Part shown: positions 23,694 to 36,468 of the stretch, in pieces
How the letters are laid out: every line of letters starts with the position of its first letter
How positions within the stretch are numbered: position 1 is the first letter of the stretch
Program-made: the position numbers and the translations under genes
Source of the DNA: Hemiscyllium ocellatum
Lineage: Eukaryota
NCBI RefSeq assembly: GCF_020745735.1
Contig: NC_083401.1
Location: 144,085,740-144,149,739, forward strand
Reading direction: 5' to 3'
Length of the DNA stretch: 64,000 nt
The notes under the pieces: generated by a model
Seen by the model: only the letters and a program-made list of their open reading frames with translations
The model's database searches: none
Told to the model about the DNA's origin: nothing

Positions 23694-26600
23694 CTCCATG
23701 TGCATGCAAGTGATCTTTACAGCTGGGGTTATGGCTTCCTTAGAACTATCCTATGGAAATCTAACCCACAGTTGGAGTGCGTTATTACCATTTTGGTTAA
23801 GTTTTATCATTAGATACACAGGGAAATGTATTTTAGGACCCTGCACATTGGGCTTACAGGCAGGCAGTGATGGCATAAGCCCCAGCTGAAGTTGGGTAGG
23901 GAGGGTGAATGCATAAATGTAACTATTGGCCTTCCTATCATTTATCCACTCATACCTGACCTGAAATTTTACAAGGTGTGGAGATGGTGTAAGGCAGCCT
24001 GCCCACTCTCAGATGAAATGTTGCTAAATTAATAGCCACTTCAGAGCCACATCTTGCCCATACTGGTATTTCACCAGTGGCAAGGGGAGGTCTATAACAT
24101 GCATGAAGCTTGCTCACTTTAACAGCGGGCACCAGTACCACGCAAGCAGGTCCCTTAGAAGCCTTCAGATGTAACTCCCTCCTTCTCAAAGCGAACCCCC
24201 TCACTGCAGCCTGCCAAGTTGATCCTCATGTTACCAGAGTCTTAACTCCAAGTTCAAACTCCTCTTGATTGCAACTGTCTGTGGTTCCAACAGTGGCCAG
24301 CAGTTTCCAATCTGGCGCTATTGCAGTTTATAGAACCAGGATCATGAGTGGTCATACCTTTGAGCTTTTTTTTAAAAGCTGGATATGTGTGCGTATGGTG
24401 GACTGGGGGATAGAGGTTAATGGGGGGAAGGGGCTGCAGGAGATGTATCACAAGTTTGTTAAAATCCTGTGTGTCCTTCCTGCCACCCTCTTGCCTGGTC
24501 TGACTTAACTAGTTTACTGGGGCGAGGCTAGCGGATAGGTGGGAAGAAAGATGGACAGATAGGGTATTTCAAGAGGGTGGTGCCAAGTTGGAGGGAAGGT
24601 CTCAGGCTGGCCTCCTGTCCTTTTTACAAATGAGTGGTCAATTACTGCCCAATTCTGGGCCATTTTCTGTCCGAGTTGCCATTTTGAAGCTGGCAGGAAA
24701 AATTCATGGAGATGCCTGGGAGGTTATCCTCTTCAGGCCCAGGGTACTCCCATCAGGACTTTCATATGTCCTCTACCTCCCTCCTCCAGGCCCCACTCCC
24801 TCATCCCAGGACCAACCACCTCCCCGCCATTCCCCCCCCCCACACCAACCTCCCAAACTCTGGGAGTGCTTGTAGTCCCAGTTCTGGCCACTGCTGCTAC
24901 TGGCACTGCTGAAGCTAGAGAGCTTCTGTCCAATCAGATTGATTGTCAGCTCTTTGGGGTAAGATTACTTCCTTAGTGATTTGATGCTCTTTGAACTGCT
25001 AAATGGTTGTGGCACCGCTGTGATCAATGTAGTAGGATAGAAAAACCTGACAATAAGACAATCCTGCCATTTAAAATAGTCTGTAATGGATGGCACAAAT
25101 GTGCAAGAAAATCACTTCAGCAATTGCCTGGAAACTCTTTCTTCAACATAAAGTCAGAAGAAGTTTTCTCCCCAACATCCACAAGCATCCTTTACTCAAA
25201 CACAGATTTGTCTCATTACCTCTTGACCTGACCTAAGAATATCTACTCACACTACATCTCCATCAGAGGTAAAGAAATGAAGCTATATCCAGAAGATCTG
25301 GGAGTATAGACACGACAAACTCCTTTTTCTTTTATGAGAACGAAGAGGCATTAAAACGAAGTGTGACACTCACAAGAGCTGTAATTCATTCTCAAAGAGC
25401 AACCCATTTGAATCTTAACTTGGAGAGTCAGCTGTCCACTGTTCACCTGAAGAAAATACCCCTATTATGTTATAATTTCCAGGAAATCTTTTCTCCCTTA
25501 CTCATCAATCATTGCAAAACGCTTGTCAGAATGAAATGAGAATACATTTAAAGATAAATTAAAACCTGATCTCTGTCAACATTTGCAACACCTTCCCCCG
25601 CCTCCCCTCCCCTGTCCCTCTCACACCACCCCCAAACTCTGGGCGTGGCAATGGAACATAGGTTGCTTTCCTTTATTCTATGGCCAATGCAGGGTATCTG
25701 AATCATTCCAAGATCATTAACTGATGATGTGTCTTCCTTAACGGTGCACAAGTAACAATAATACTAATGCAGTCATGTACCTATTATAATACTGTTACAG
25801 CAACAAGGGCAGCAGCTTTGCCCAAATTACTATTTTTGATGTATGAGCTTAAACAGTAAGTGTATAGTGAGATATTCATCAAGTTGGCCTTGCTCTTGTC
25901 ATCACCTAGCATTCACACATGTGCATTTTGAAAATAAATCACTGGGGAGCAGCTAAAGTTGGATGCCTGCTGCATTCTTTTCCCCCTACCTTTCCAAAAA
26001 TCACTGAGATCATCCATAGTGCCCTGCCACTGTTCTGGTTGAAATCAGTGTAACAAGTAAAGCGATCAATCCTGGAAGGTACCTGGTCTATGGCTTACCT
26101 TCCACACCATGCTGTGCAAATGACCATCTAGTCAACTGAAGCCAAAAAGCAAATGCAAGCTTTATATGCAATATCATGCAATCGAACTTCAGAAATGTAA
26201 CAATGTGTATCAATTTAAAAAGGCTGACTTTATTGGCACATACTGAAGTGAAACATAACTTATTGCAAATACCATGCACGATGTACAGCAGTTGAAGTTT
26301 TCTCATTTTCTTAAAATCACAAATGTTGGCAGGACATTGAAGGGAAAAATAAACTCATGCTCCAAGTATTTTCAACAGGAAGTAGCGCAATTTAAAACAG
26401 GCAGACTAAATTAGGAGTCACGAGAAGGTGATATTCACCAGATATACAGCGTCAGCGGAAAGCAGAATTGTTCCTACTATTCATGAAGTATGTTTGCATA
26501 CAAAGATATGAAATTGATGGGCAAAGATTGGTGAGTTGGTCTGTGTCACAAACTCAGCCAACATGTAAGATGGCAGGAGCACTTGTGACAGATATTTATA

Positions 26601-27279
26601 TTGCCATGTCCACCCTATCCAAGCTCACAGCCAGATAATCTGCTCGAACATGCAATAAAAAGGGGAGAACTGCTGTCAAATGAAGGACAAATAAACCAAA
26701 AAATATCATCTCTCGTATACTCCCTCAATATCACCTTTGTTGTAATTTGGACTAATTCTGTTATTAGGACAGAGTGTTATCTGTAAAAACATTTGTGTTT
26801 TTTAATATATAATATTAGTGATTGAGTCTAGCATTTCTTATAGGGTGTGAATCAAGTTCAGCAACAACTAAAATGATATATATTAAATGCTAGCATTAAT
26901 AACTGTATCATTATAGTTCAATTATTCAATTACATTTTGGCCTCTTTTTCTCTGTTTTCACAAATTGTATTTTATAGTTTCATCATAAAGTGAAATTAGT
27001 ACATGTAACTTTGGGACAGGAATAAATACAGACACTGAGCTTTAATATCTGGAAAGACTTTGTGATACCCTGAGGCTGAGTTCAGAACACACTTAAAAGC
27101 TGAAATTTAGAAACTGTCCAAACTCTGTCCTATTTACACTCCGTTGTAGAAACCGTGGCCTCCACCGTTCTGTCAGAGATGCAGTGGATATAAAGAGGTA
27201 ATGCATTACGAGAATAATGAAAGTCCAACAATGATTGAATCTCTAACAATTGAAGGAGGCAATCTGAAGATGCACAGAG

Positions 27280-27960
27280 CAGTTTAGAGTTTGGAAGAAA
27301 GTAGGAGGCTTTGCAAGAATTATGAAATAGTGTGGAGATCCAACTACATCTCCCTTGATGTGATGCCAGCTATTGTGAGGAGCCTATGTGAAGGAACAGA
27401 CTGGCTTATGTAGATCAAGAGATGAGCATGGAGCTTATGGACTCAATGCCAGAAGCAATAAGCTGAGCATTTCAAAAATGAGGAGCATAGTTGATGGAAT
27501 GAAAGCTCTTGTGCTTGATGAATATCTCTGATTGATTTGGAGTTACGGATTATTACCTATGTGTAGCTTTAAGAATTTAATGCTGAAATCCTAGGCACTC
27601 ACCCAATCTAAGTAGGTTCATCCCATATTGGACAGGTATTATTGCTAGCCCTGGCAAACCAGACACCTGTCTTATATACTTGTATACATCTCCAGCAGAT
27701 TTCCTGGGAGGATCATTAGAAAAAGATGCTGAGGGTAGTTTAACCTTTGACAACCACTGGTAATGCGAGGCCTCTTGGTCCAGTAGGCCATACATGTCTA
27801 TGCTGAGTTGTCACAACAGCCTGAGTCTCTTAATGCTCTGATGTTTGGACATATCAAGGGAATGTTGTCTCTGCCTGTAGAATCTGAGGGAAAGAAAATC
27901 ATTCATGTGGCATTACACAAATGGATTTCAGCTCCCATTGTTGTATTTCAGACAGTGCCT
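27280..27960 (+). mobile_element. Highly decayed Gypsy-like pol relic
   Basis: LPMCS/PNL.. linker-like segment and ESEGKKIIHVALHKWISAPIVV, resembling the RT N-terminal 'GIIEPV..S.WASPIVVV' motif. Confidence 0.4.
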
Positions 27961-29709
27961 GATTTAAACTGCACTCCTCTGATGCTCCTGTCTCCAGTGC
28001 ACTCACCTCTGCTGTCCATCATATTATCCCCAAGTCCAATCTAAGCCAAGTGAAGTGTCAAATGATTGTAAGTCAGGAAAATTGTCAGCTTATTCAATCT
28101 GCCAACTTTCATGTGTAACAGAAGTGTGATAGGCTGCTGATGCAAAACCCCCTTCTGGGGCACTAATCACTTAATTGGAGCAATGCTTTGGAGCAGCAGT
28201 AGGGCTCATACTTCTTGGCCAGAAGGTCTGGGTCCAACCCTTTTCCAGATTATGGCTATGAAAGGTATGCCATAACATGTGCACACAGGTTTTTTTTTTA
28301 ACAGTGCATCCATAGATTCTCTGGATTTTCAAAAATTTATGACTGAAAGGAATGTGAAACCGTAGCAGCAATTAAGGGGGCTGAATGCATCTCTGTAAAA
28401 TAGTGCAATTAGGGAGAAAATCGTTATCCAATTCATCATCAGGAAACTGACTGCACTGTGTGTGAGGCTGGTTTGCACTGCTATCAAATTTCATTCAATG
28501 CTGAAGTCACCAGAAAGTAATATTGGGTCGGGGAAAACCATGTTCAACAGAATGTGTAGGCTTTCTGGCAGCAGGGGAATTAGATGAAACAATGTCTCTA
28601 TGATCAGAATGAAGGGGACAACAAACCTCCCACTAGAATTAAATTGGAACCCTGTAATTTATGACTCCAATTTTCCACCACCACAAGCTATGCACCTGTA
28701 TTACTCTTTAATGTGAGACAGCTCAGGACTACAAATCCCACAAACAAGTTGAGTTTGAATGGATGAAATATGGAATTTCTAATTCAAGTGAATGGAGCAT
28801 GAATATTTTAGCCAGTCACCTAACATTTGCCTCCACAATAATAGCTAACGCACCTCGAAAATAATTGATTATAAACTGCATGACAAGCATCATGTCACAA
28901 AGGGTGCAATCTAGATGTAAATGTTATTATTATGCTTTATTTTAATCCCCCGCCAATGCTGATTAAGTGCAGTACTGCGAATCTTATTGTGCACATTTGC
29001 TCTGAACAGACTAACATGTTGCGAGAATTGGACTTGCAGTTGATGGGGTTTTCCTATATTGGTACTTAATAAATCATGAGGAAATTTGTGCTGTACCAAA
29101 AACGTATTTACATTAGGAGTCTGCTGGATATGAGATTTGTGCATTAATGGAATTGACTGTGAATGTTCAGATACTGATTATCCTTTCCTTTACTGTTGTA
29201 TGAGAAGCAAGGGAAGGTTAAATATAGAGAAAACTAAAACCTTAATGGTTTGCTGTGGTTACTTGAGCCATTTAGCACATTTAGGCAACCTTGGAACAGG
29301 TAGCACTCTGTATAATTGGACAATCTTCCAGCATAAAGCATGAGACATCTGTATTATCCATTAGGTTTGGCTGGTTTCATTAACCTTCAAAAAGGAACAT
29401 GAAAGAAAATAATCACTTCAGTGCACAGCAACACATTAACAAAATTGCATCGCTACCATGTAAAAAAGGCCAAAACAATACATCGTGATCTTTTCCTGTC
29501 AGCCTTGGTTTGTCAGGTAAAGTTAAATGAAGCAAGCTACAATTTTAAAGAATGGTCTTCTTCTGAGTACAAATGAATTAAATCTATATGTTATTCCTGA
29601 ATGAGGATATGTTTTTACTTCATTTGCAAGTATTAAAAATATTTATAATTGCTACATTGCCTCTGAATAATGATTGAATCTGCCGTTTTCAGCAGCTAAA
29701 TGCAATCTT

Positions 29710-30068
29710 CCATGAGTCACAGATTCATACAGCACAGAAAAAGACTCTTTAGCCCAAATCGTTCATACTGACCAGATATCCCAATCTGACTTAGTCTCGT
29801 TTGCCAGCATTTGGTCCATATCCCTCTATACCCTTCCTATTCATGTACACATCTAGATGTCTTTTAAATGTTCTAATTGTAGCAGCCTCCACTACTTCCT
29901 CGAGCAGCTCATTACGCTCCAGCTTCTATGTAAAAAGGTTTCCTCTCAGGTCCTTTTTAAATCTTTCTCCTCTCACCTTAAACCTATGCCCCTACCCTAT
30001 GAAAAGGACTTTGGCTATTCACCCTATCCATGCCCCTCATTGATTTTATAAACCTCTATAAGGTCACA
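29710..30068 (-). mobile_element. CR1 3' fragment
   Basis: Similar to 1627-2000 and 20311-20680. Confidence 0.88.
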
Positions 30069-30494
30069 AGTGATGACATCTTCCAGGCTGTCATTGTCAA
30101 ATGGCTGCTTTCAGAAAAGTGAAAATGGAACTAAGTGATCCACCATATTGCATTAAATGTTGTGAATATAACTGTTGCGACAGAGAGGTGCCATTGAATA
30201 ATACTGAATGGGCAGCTTTCAGGTCCTGACTACATGAGGTAATTTAATGTGTGGGAGCTAACAGACAAAGAAATTTGCCTCCTCACTTGAAAAGGAACAG
30301 AGATGTCACATTTATGTGCATGTCTAAAGGTAACCACTGTTAGGGTGCTGGAAACAACTCACACCAATGCTGTCTCTATTCCTAATCCCTACCTATTCTG
30401 CTTCTGCTTCTGTCAATATTGATCAACATTTTCTCTGACATTCATTCCTCCTCCTTTTCAATTCTGCTCGTTTATGTCAAAACATTGTGTAGCC

Positions 30495-30839
30495 TGTAGT
30501 ATTTATATACTAACTTGCAGTCAAGGAGTGGAATTCATGGGAACTTCATAGTTCCTGTCCCCTCTGGTTAAAGAGCCAGCCTGGAGCCCTCCCGATGGTA
30601 ACAGGAAGTCCCATTGAAATAACACCACAGAGACTGGCATTCTGTCATCAAGTGACCCTTTATTTACACCCTTTATTATTGACACTGATCCAGCTCCCTC
30701 AGAGCCAGCTCTCAGAGTGAACAGAACCTCTGACACTCGTATTTATATCTGTCAGGCAGGCCTCCCTGATTTGACCAGGTTAACCACCCCAATCAGGGAA
30801 ATCAAATTCTATGTGGTACACCTGTCAGACTATGTTACA
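30495..30839 (-). mobile_element. Solo LTR
   Basis: TGT...ACA termini and flanks AGCC/AGCA (4-bp TSD, 1 mismatch). Minus strand has TATAAATA (about 30740) upstream of AATAAA (about 30660). Confidence 0.7.
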
Positions 30840-30994
30840 AGCACTACACCCACCTCAGGAGCCTGTCAGCCAATCAGAGTGCTGGGAGTGCCAACAGGAA
30901 GGTGGCCATTTTAGTACCAGACTTGGTGAAGGTGGGGAGGAGGTGTCAAGATATCATTAGATCCAGCCAAGCAGGTGAACCAGAGGTCTACACT

Positions 30995-31190
30995 AAAAAC
31001 AGAGAATGCTTGAGAAACTCAGCAGGTCTGGCACAGTGCATGGAGTGGATGATACACTTAATATTTCAAGTCCAATTCAGATTCTGACGTTCTGAAGAAA
31101 AGGCATGTCAGAAACTTTAACTCTGATTCTGTCTCCACAGATGCTGCCAGACCCATCGAGGTTCAGACCCTGCAGTATTTGCCTTTATTT
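30995..31190. mobile_element. Decayed PLE fold-back (family C)
   Basis: GAGAAACTCAGCAGGTCTGGCA versus GATGCTGCCAGACC. Internal GTT-CTGAAGA..GAAA-CTTT-AAC. Confidence 0.65.
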
Positions 31191-33578
31191 GTGCCTTGGA
31201 GCTCCCTAGCTGCCAATTTCGTAGGCCCAAGCAAAGAGATCAGGAAGGCTGATGGGAGACAGGGTAGGGGTGGGGAGGGGGTGGTGCAATTCTAGAGGGT
31301 GGAGATATTGAGGGGTTAAAACTGGTGGAGGACTGTTAGAGATGGAGAACAACCTGACTTATTGGGCCTGGCCACTGTTTCATTACTAATTAAATCATGG
31401 CACGGTGGTATCAGGTCTTTAAATGAGAAGTAATTACCCATTTAAGGAACTTAATGAAATTACTGGCGGTTGACATGTTTGGCATCAGCCCTGGAAGTTA
31501 AAAGTGAAGTGAGAGCTGGGACAGGAGAGTGATTGATAAGGGATGGGCAGGTTGCCCGCTGTACTTCATGCGCTCACCACCTCCTTGCCAACCCCGGGAG
31601 AGGGAGAGTGTAAGATCTAGTCCACATCTCTGTGATAGTGAACAGATCTAAGATGATTATCTTTATTTGTGCAACTGGATCATTGATCATATTATAAATG
31701 GTTCATGTATTCATATAAATAAACTGTTATTTTACTATTTTATGCCATTATTCTTTTCATGTTCACTGATACAAAATTACCAAGAAACTTTCTGTTCATC
31801 CCTGTTAAATTTGTACAGATTGTTGCATTGCTTTAGTTCCTTGATATTCCTCTTTAGATTTCTAAATCTCCTTTTCTCTAATTCATTTGCCCACAAGCTT
31901 CACACCCATTACCAACACTCTCTTGGGTAAAAGTCCTATCCATAATCCCAATTATTTACTTTATTTACTTTAATCTCAGACAGCTTTCTGTAGAATTAAA
32001 ACAGATGTTGTGAAGATGTGGATATACCTTTAAGAGAGTTAAAAGCAGCAGAATTACTGGACATAGCACTAAGTGTACGCAAAAATGATAACAATGTAAC
32101 ACTGGGTTGAACCACTCAATTAGTTCATTGCTTGGAGTCAAAAACGATTTTGAATTCAGCCAATCAGTTTAAATTATTTTCAAAACATATTTGAAATATG
32201 TTTCAAAACATAACCAATCAAGATTAAATTGAGTACATTGACATTTATAAAAGCCAATGACACAATCTGATATTCTGGAGTAAAAGACTGGGGAAAACTG
32301 AACAGTTGAGAAGAGTTCTGCCACATCCTAGCATGTAAGAGACTGCTTGAAAAAATATCTCTCTTAAAGCTATACCCACATATTCATAACATCTACCCCC
32401 AAACTAATCTACTCAGTTTCCTCACTTTGAGTTAATATTTGGTCATGAAGTGTGAGGCCCTTTGAAATTAATCAAAGAGAAATTGACAGGACCAAAGTCA
32501 GAGATCTCACAATTAGATTATGCATCGGAGGTAAAGGAGAGATTAAATCAAGTAGGTGAGTTAGCTAAACAGCACCTGAAGAGGGCAAAGCATAGAATGA
32601 AGCAGGTGGCAGATAAAAATTCTGAGACTCAGAGGTTTTCTTACGGGGCTAATGTGTTAGTACTGTTACCAATGATAGGAGATCCCTTCAAAGTGAGGTT
32701 TAGTGGTCCCTATTAAATTGAGAAAAAGTTGAGTCAGGTGAATTATCTAGTAAAGATGCCAGAGAGAAAAAAAAGTATTGAGTATGTCATGTGAACATGT
32801 TGAAACCATATTACACCAGAGAGAAAGAACTGGAGAAACAGGTATTAGTCACTGCCCCTCAGAGTGAAAAATCAAATCCAGATGATTTGGATTTTGAGGT
32901 GCCTCAAAATAGATTTAAAAAATGAAGAAGTCCTTGAGGAGTAGGATAGATTAGTAAGCTATCTGTCTCAGGAGCATAGAACGCAGTTGAAAGATTTGTT
33001 ACCACAGTACAAGGACATATATAAGAATCAGATGGGGAGGACTATTGCATGAAATGGATGTAGCGAATACTGCTCCATTAAAACAATGCCCCTATTGGCT
33101 TAATCCTCTCAAAGCCAGACATGTCCTGGTGGAAGTGGAGGCCTTGCTCGAGAAGGACATCATCAAACCAAGCCAGACCGAGTGGAGTTTGCCCGTCTTA
33201 GTTCCCAAACCAGACAGGACTCAACAATTCTGCTTGGATTATTGGAAGGTCAATGCTGTTACAAAATTGGACTTATATCTAATTCCTTGATTGGAGGAAC
33301 ATGTCTACAAAGTTGGACAAGCCAGTTACATCACCGAGTTGGATTTAATGCATGGTTACTGGCAAGTACTTTTACCAGAGATGGCGAAAGAAATTTCAGT
33401 GTCTGTAACCCAAAATGGGTGGTATCAGTTTAAAGTGATGCCCTTTGGAATGAAGAATGCCACCTTCCAAAGACTCATGAACAGAGTTGTGGCTGGGTTA
33501 ATAAACTGCGCAGTCTATTTGGACAATGTAGGGATCTTTAGTAAGTCCTGGAAAGATCACTTTGTACGGTTGGCAGAG

Positions 33579-33865
33579 TTTGTGAGGAGATTTGTAGGTC
33601 GGGTGCTCATTGTTGTGGTTCTGTTCGCTGAGCTGGGAGTTTTTGTTGCAAACGTTTTGTCCCCTTTCTAGGTGACATCTTCAGTGCTTGGGAACCTCCT
33701 GTGAAGCGCTTCTGTGCTGATTCCTCTGGCATTTATAGTGGTAATGCCGGAGGATTCAGCACAGAAGCACTTCACAGGAGGCTCCCAAGCACTGAAGATG
33801 TCACCTAGAAAGGGGACGAAATGTTTGCAACAAAAACTCCCAGCTCGGCGAACAGAACCACAACG
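33579..33865. mobile_element. 287-bp PLE fold-back (family D) inserted in Gypsy RT
   Basis: Arms about 33608-33731 and 33743-33865. Exact 13-bp direct repeat ACGGTTGGCAGAG at 33566-33578 and 33866-33878. Confidence 0.93.
33788..33828 (+). ncRNA. Minimal hammerhead ribozyme motif (family D)
   Basis: GCA-CTGAAGA-T-GTCACCT-AGAA-AGGGGAC-GAAA-T-GTT-TGC. Stem I is GCA/TGC and stem II pairs 6 of 7 bp. The mirror copy at about 33648-33687 (-) has AAAA. Confidence 0.72.
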
Positions 33866-35307
33866 ACGGTTGGCAGAGCTCTTTGAATGACTATGAGAAG
33901 CTTAAGTAAAATGGCATTCATGAAAGCAGAGGTGACGTTCTTGGGACATAACATCGATCATGGAAGGTTGACCCCAAGGAATACATAGACGAAGGCTTTC
34001 AAGGAATTCCCATAACCAACCTCAAAGAAAGAGATGTTTCAATTCTTAGGACTCAGCGGATTCTATTGGAAGTTTGTTCTAAACTTCAGCAGTGTAGTGG
34101 CACCATTAACTGATTTGCTGAAGAAGAAAACAACGTTTTGGTGGACAGAACCATGCCAGGAGGCATTTGACCATTTGAAATCGTTATTAACCACCAATCA
34201 GTTTAAATTATACCCAAAACATATCAACTCCAACCAAGATTGAATTGATTATATTGATAATCTTAAAAGCCAATGACACAATCCAATGCTCTGGTGTATA
34301 AGACCAGGGAAAATTGAACAGTTGAGAGGAGATCTGCCATGCCCTAACATATAAGTGACTATTTGAAAAAATATATCTCTTAAAAGTCCCTTTTCAATCA
34401 GTAACCTGTCACACAGAAATTCCTAACAGGAAGAAAAGAAGACACAGGAAGATCAGAAGACAAGAACCTACAGTTGCCTGGTTTTGAGATAAGAAGTGTT
34501 GTTTTGTAAATTTTAATTGGGAGTTTTATCGGACTAGTATTATAGAAGGGAAGCTAAAAGATAGGTTAGAGAAAGAAATTGTAAATAGTGATCAGTTAAT
34601 TATTCCCTGTACTGGAAAATCTCAGCTGGTCAGGAATATCAATGGAGAAAAAAACAAAGATAGCATTTAGAGTGAAATTTTGAAAAAAAAATTCTGATGG
34701 GATGTGAGTGTCACTGGTTGGGCCAGCAGGTTTGCCTGATCCTAGTTTCCTGTGAGAATGTGACTCCTCTTAGCCTAGGTTCAATGGAACCTGTCCTAAC
34801 CTCTCCCTCTAGCCCCAGGGCAAGTGCTAACGTACCTTGGATCAAAATCCTTTCTTCCCGCAGTGCGCTTCAATCCCCGCATTTGATTTTCTGATCTTCT
34901 TGCTGCTCTGCCCATCAGCACATGGTAACAATTTAGAGATGATTAGCTTTGAGATTCTGCATTTTAATTTTGGACAAATATTCTCACATTCTCTCAGGAG
35001 AATAGCATACTTAGCTCTATCTTTGTTGGTGGTCCCTACATATGCACAATCCTTACATTCTATCACTTCAAGTTCACCTTTAAATGTGAGAAAATGTCCT
35101 TAATCCTGGCACTGCATAGAAAGCCCACCTTCTCAGCTCCCAATGCTCCACGAGAGAATGGCTTCTGTCCCTTTAACTGCACTGGCTCTTATCTCCACAA
35201 GCCTCTATATTCCCATCATCTCACCCAAACTTCTCCCATCTCACACATGAATAGCTTCCTGCACCATGATGCCCAATTTGTTGATTTGTGCTTATCCACC
35301 CTTAGAC

Positions 35308-35760
35308 CATAAGACCATAAGTCATAGGAGTGGAAGTAAGGCTATTCGGCCCATTGAGTCCACTCTGCCATTCAATCATGGCTGATGGGCATTTCAACTC
35401 CACTTACCCGCACTCTCCCCGTAGCCCTTAATTCCTCGTCACATCAAGAATCTATCAATCTCTGCCTTGAAGACATTTAGCGTCCCGGCCTCCACTGCAC
35501 TCTGCGGCAATGAATTCCACAGGCCCACCACTCTCTGGCTGAAGAAATGTCTCCACATTTCTGTTCTGAATTGACCCCCTCTAATTCTAAAGCTGTGTCC
35601 ACGGGTCCTAGTCTCCTCACCTAACGGAAACAATTTCCTAGCGTCCACCCTTTTCAAGCCATGTATTATCTTGTAAGCTTCTATTAAGTCTCCCCTTAAT
35701 CTTCTAAACTCCAACGAATACAATCCCAGGATCCTCAGCCGTTTCTCATATGTTCGACCT
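35308..35760 (-). mobile_element. Young CR1 3' fragment
   Basis: YSLEFRRLRGDLIEAYKI..TRGHSF..FFSQRVVGLWNSLP. Tail (GACCATAA)n on the + strand. Confidence 0.95.
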
Positions 35761-35904
35761 CGTATGTTTGTTCAGGTATCTCATAGCTCTCAAAATCAAG
35801 AGTTGAGGTCTCTGTCATTACATGCTGGATACCCATATCTGGCTAGCCTATAGTCACATACCTCTTGCCCTTGACCATCGACCAACTCTGAAGTTCGATT
35901 ATGA

Positions 35905-36244
35905 AATCACTCAGATTTACAGGATGAAAGGAAGCCAATTGATCTGTATTGCCACTCTTCTTTGACAACTTACTATCTTACCCAGGCTCCCTTTCCAGCC
36001 TGCACTGTGGAGCTTTGTAACTGATGGCATTTCAAGGTACATCCAGGTACTTTGTAAACATTATGATGCCTTCTGCCTCTACCAAACATTGTATTCCAGA
36101 TCCCATTATTCCCAGAAAACATTAACCCCAGATTCCCTCTAAATTTCCTACCTTTCCCCTAAATCTATGCTCTCTGATTGGGGAACCTTCTTGCAATAGG
36201 AGCTCCTTCTTGTTCACTCTGTCGATACTTTTCATAATTTTATC
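35905..36244 (-). mobile_element. Decayed CR1 3' fragment
   Basis: KIMKSIDRVNKKELL..IREHRFR (ORF 36122..36307). Confidence 0.7.
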
Positions 36245-36468
36245 CCCCCACCACCATCCACCTATTGCACTCTTAGCGACCTTCTCCCCGCCCCCGCCCC
36301 CTCCCATTTATCTCTCCACCCCAGAGGCTCCCAGCCTCATTCCTGATGAAGGCTCCCGCCCGACTTGATGATTTTCCTGCTCCTCAGATGCTGCCTGACT
36401 GGCTGTGATTTTCCAGCACCACTCTAATCTTGACTCTGATTTCCAGCAGCTACAATCATCACTTTTGC
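36245..36468 (+). mobile_element. PLE terminus (family A) with decayed hammerhead
   Basis: ATTCCTGATGAAGGCTCCCGCCCGA..TTTTCCTGCTCCTCAGATGCTGCCTGAC. Confidence 0.8.

Larger units (their letters stand above)
32007..34612 (+). mobile_element. Internally deleted Gmr1-like Ty3/Gypsy LTR retrotransposon
   Basis: Direct repeat about 32160-32369 versus 34194-34385. Integrase C-terminus (FELIFGHEV..RFSGPY..HVNMLKPY, about 32415-32815) precedes RT (LDLMHGYWQV..MPFGMKNA..VYLDN, then FLGLSGFYWKFV). Confidence 0.88.

Noticed and set aside
23820-24990. GC-richer interspersed repeat-like blocks (similar character at 31200-31620 and 15220-15420)
   Set aside because: They are probably repeats, but I cannot define ends, TSDs or class from the sequence alone.
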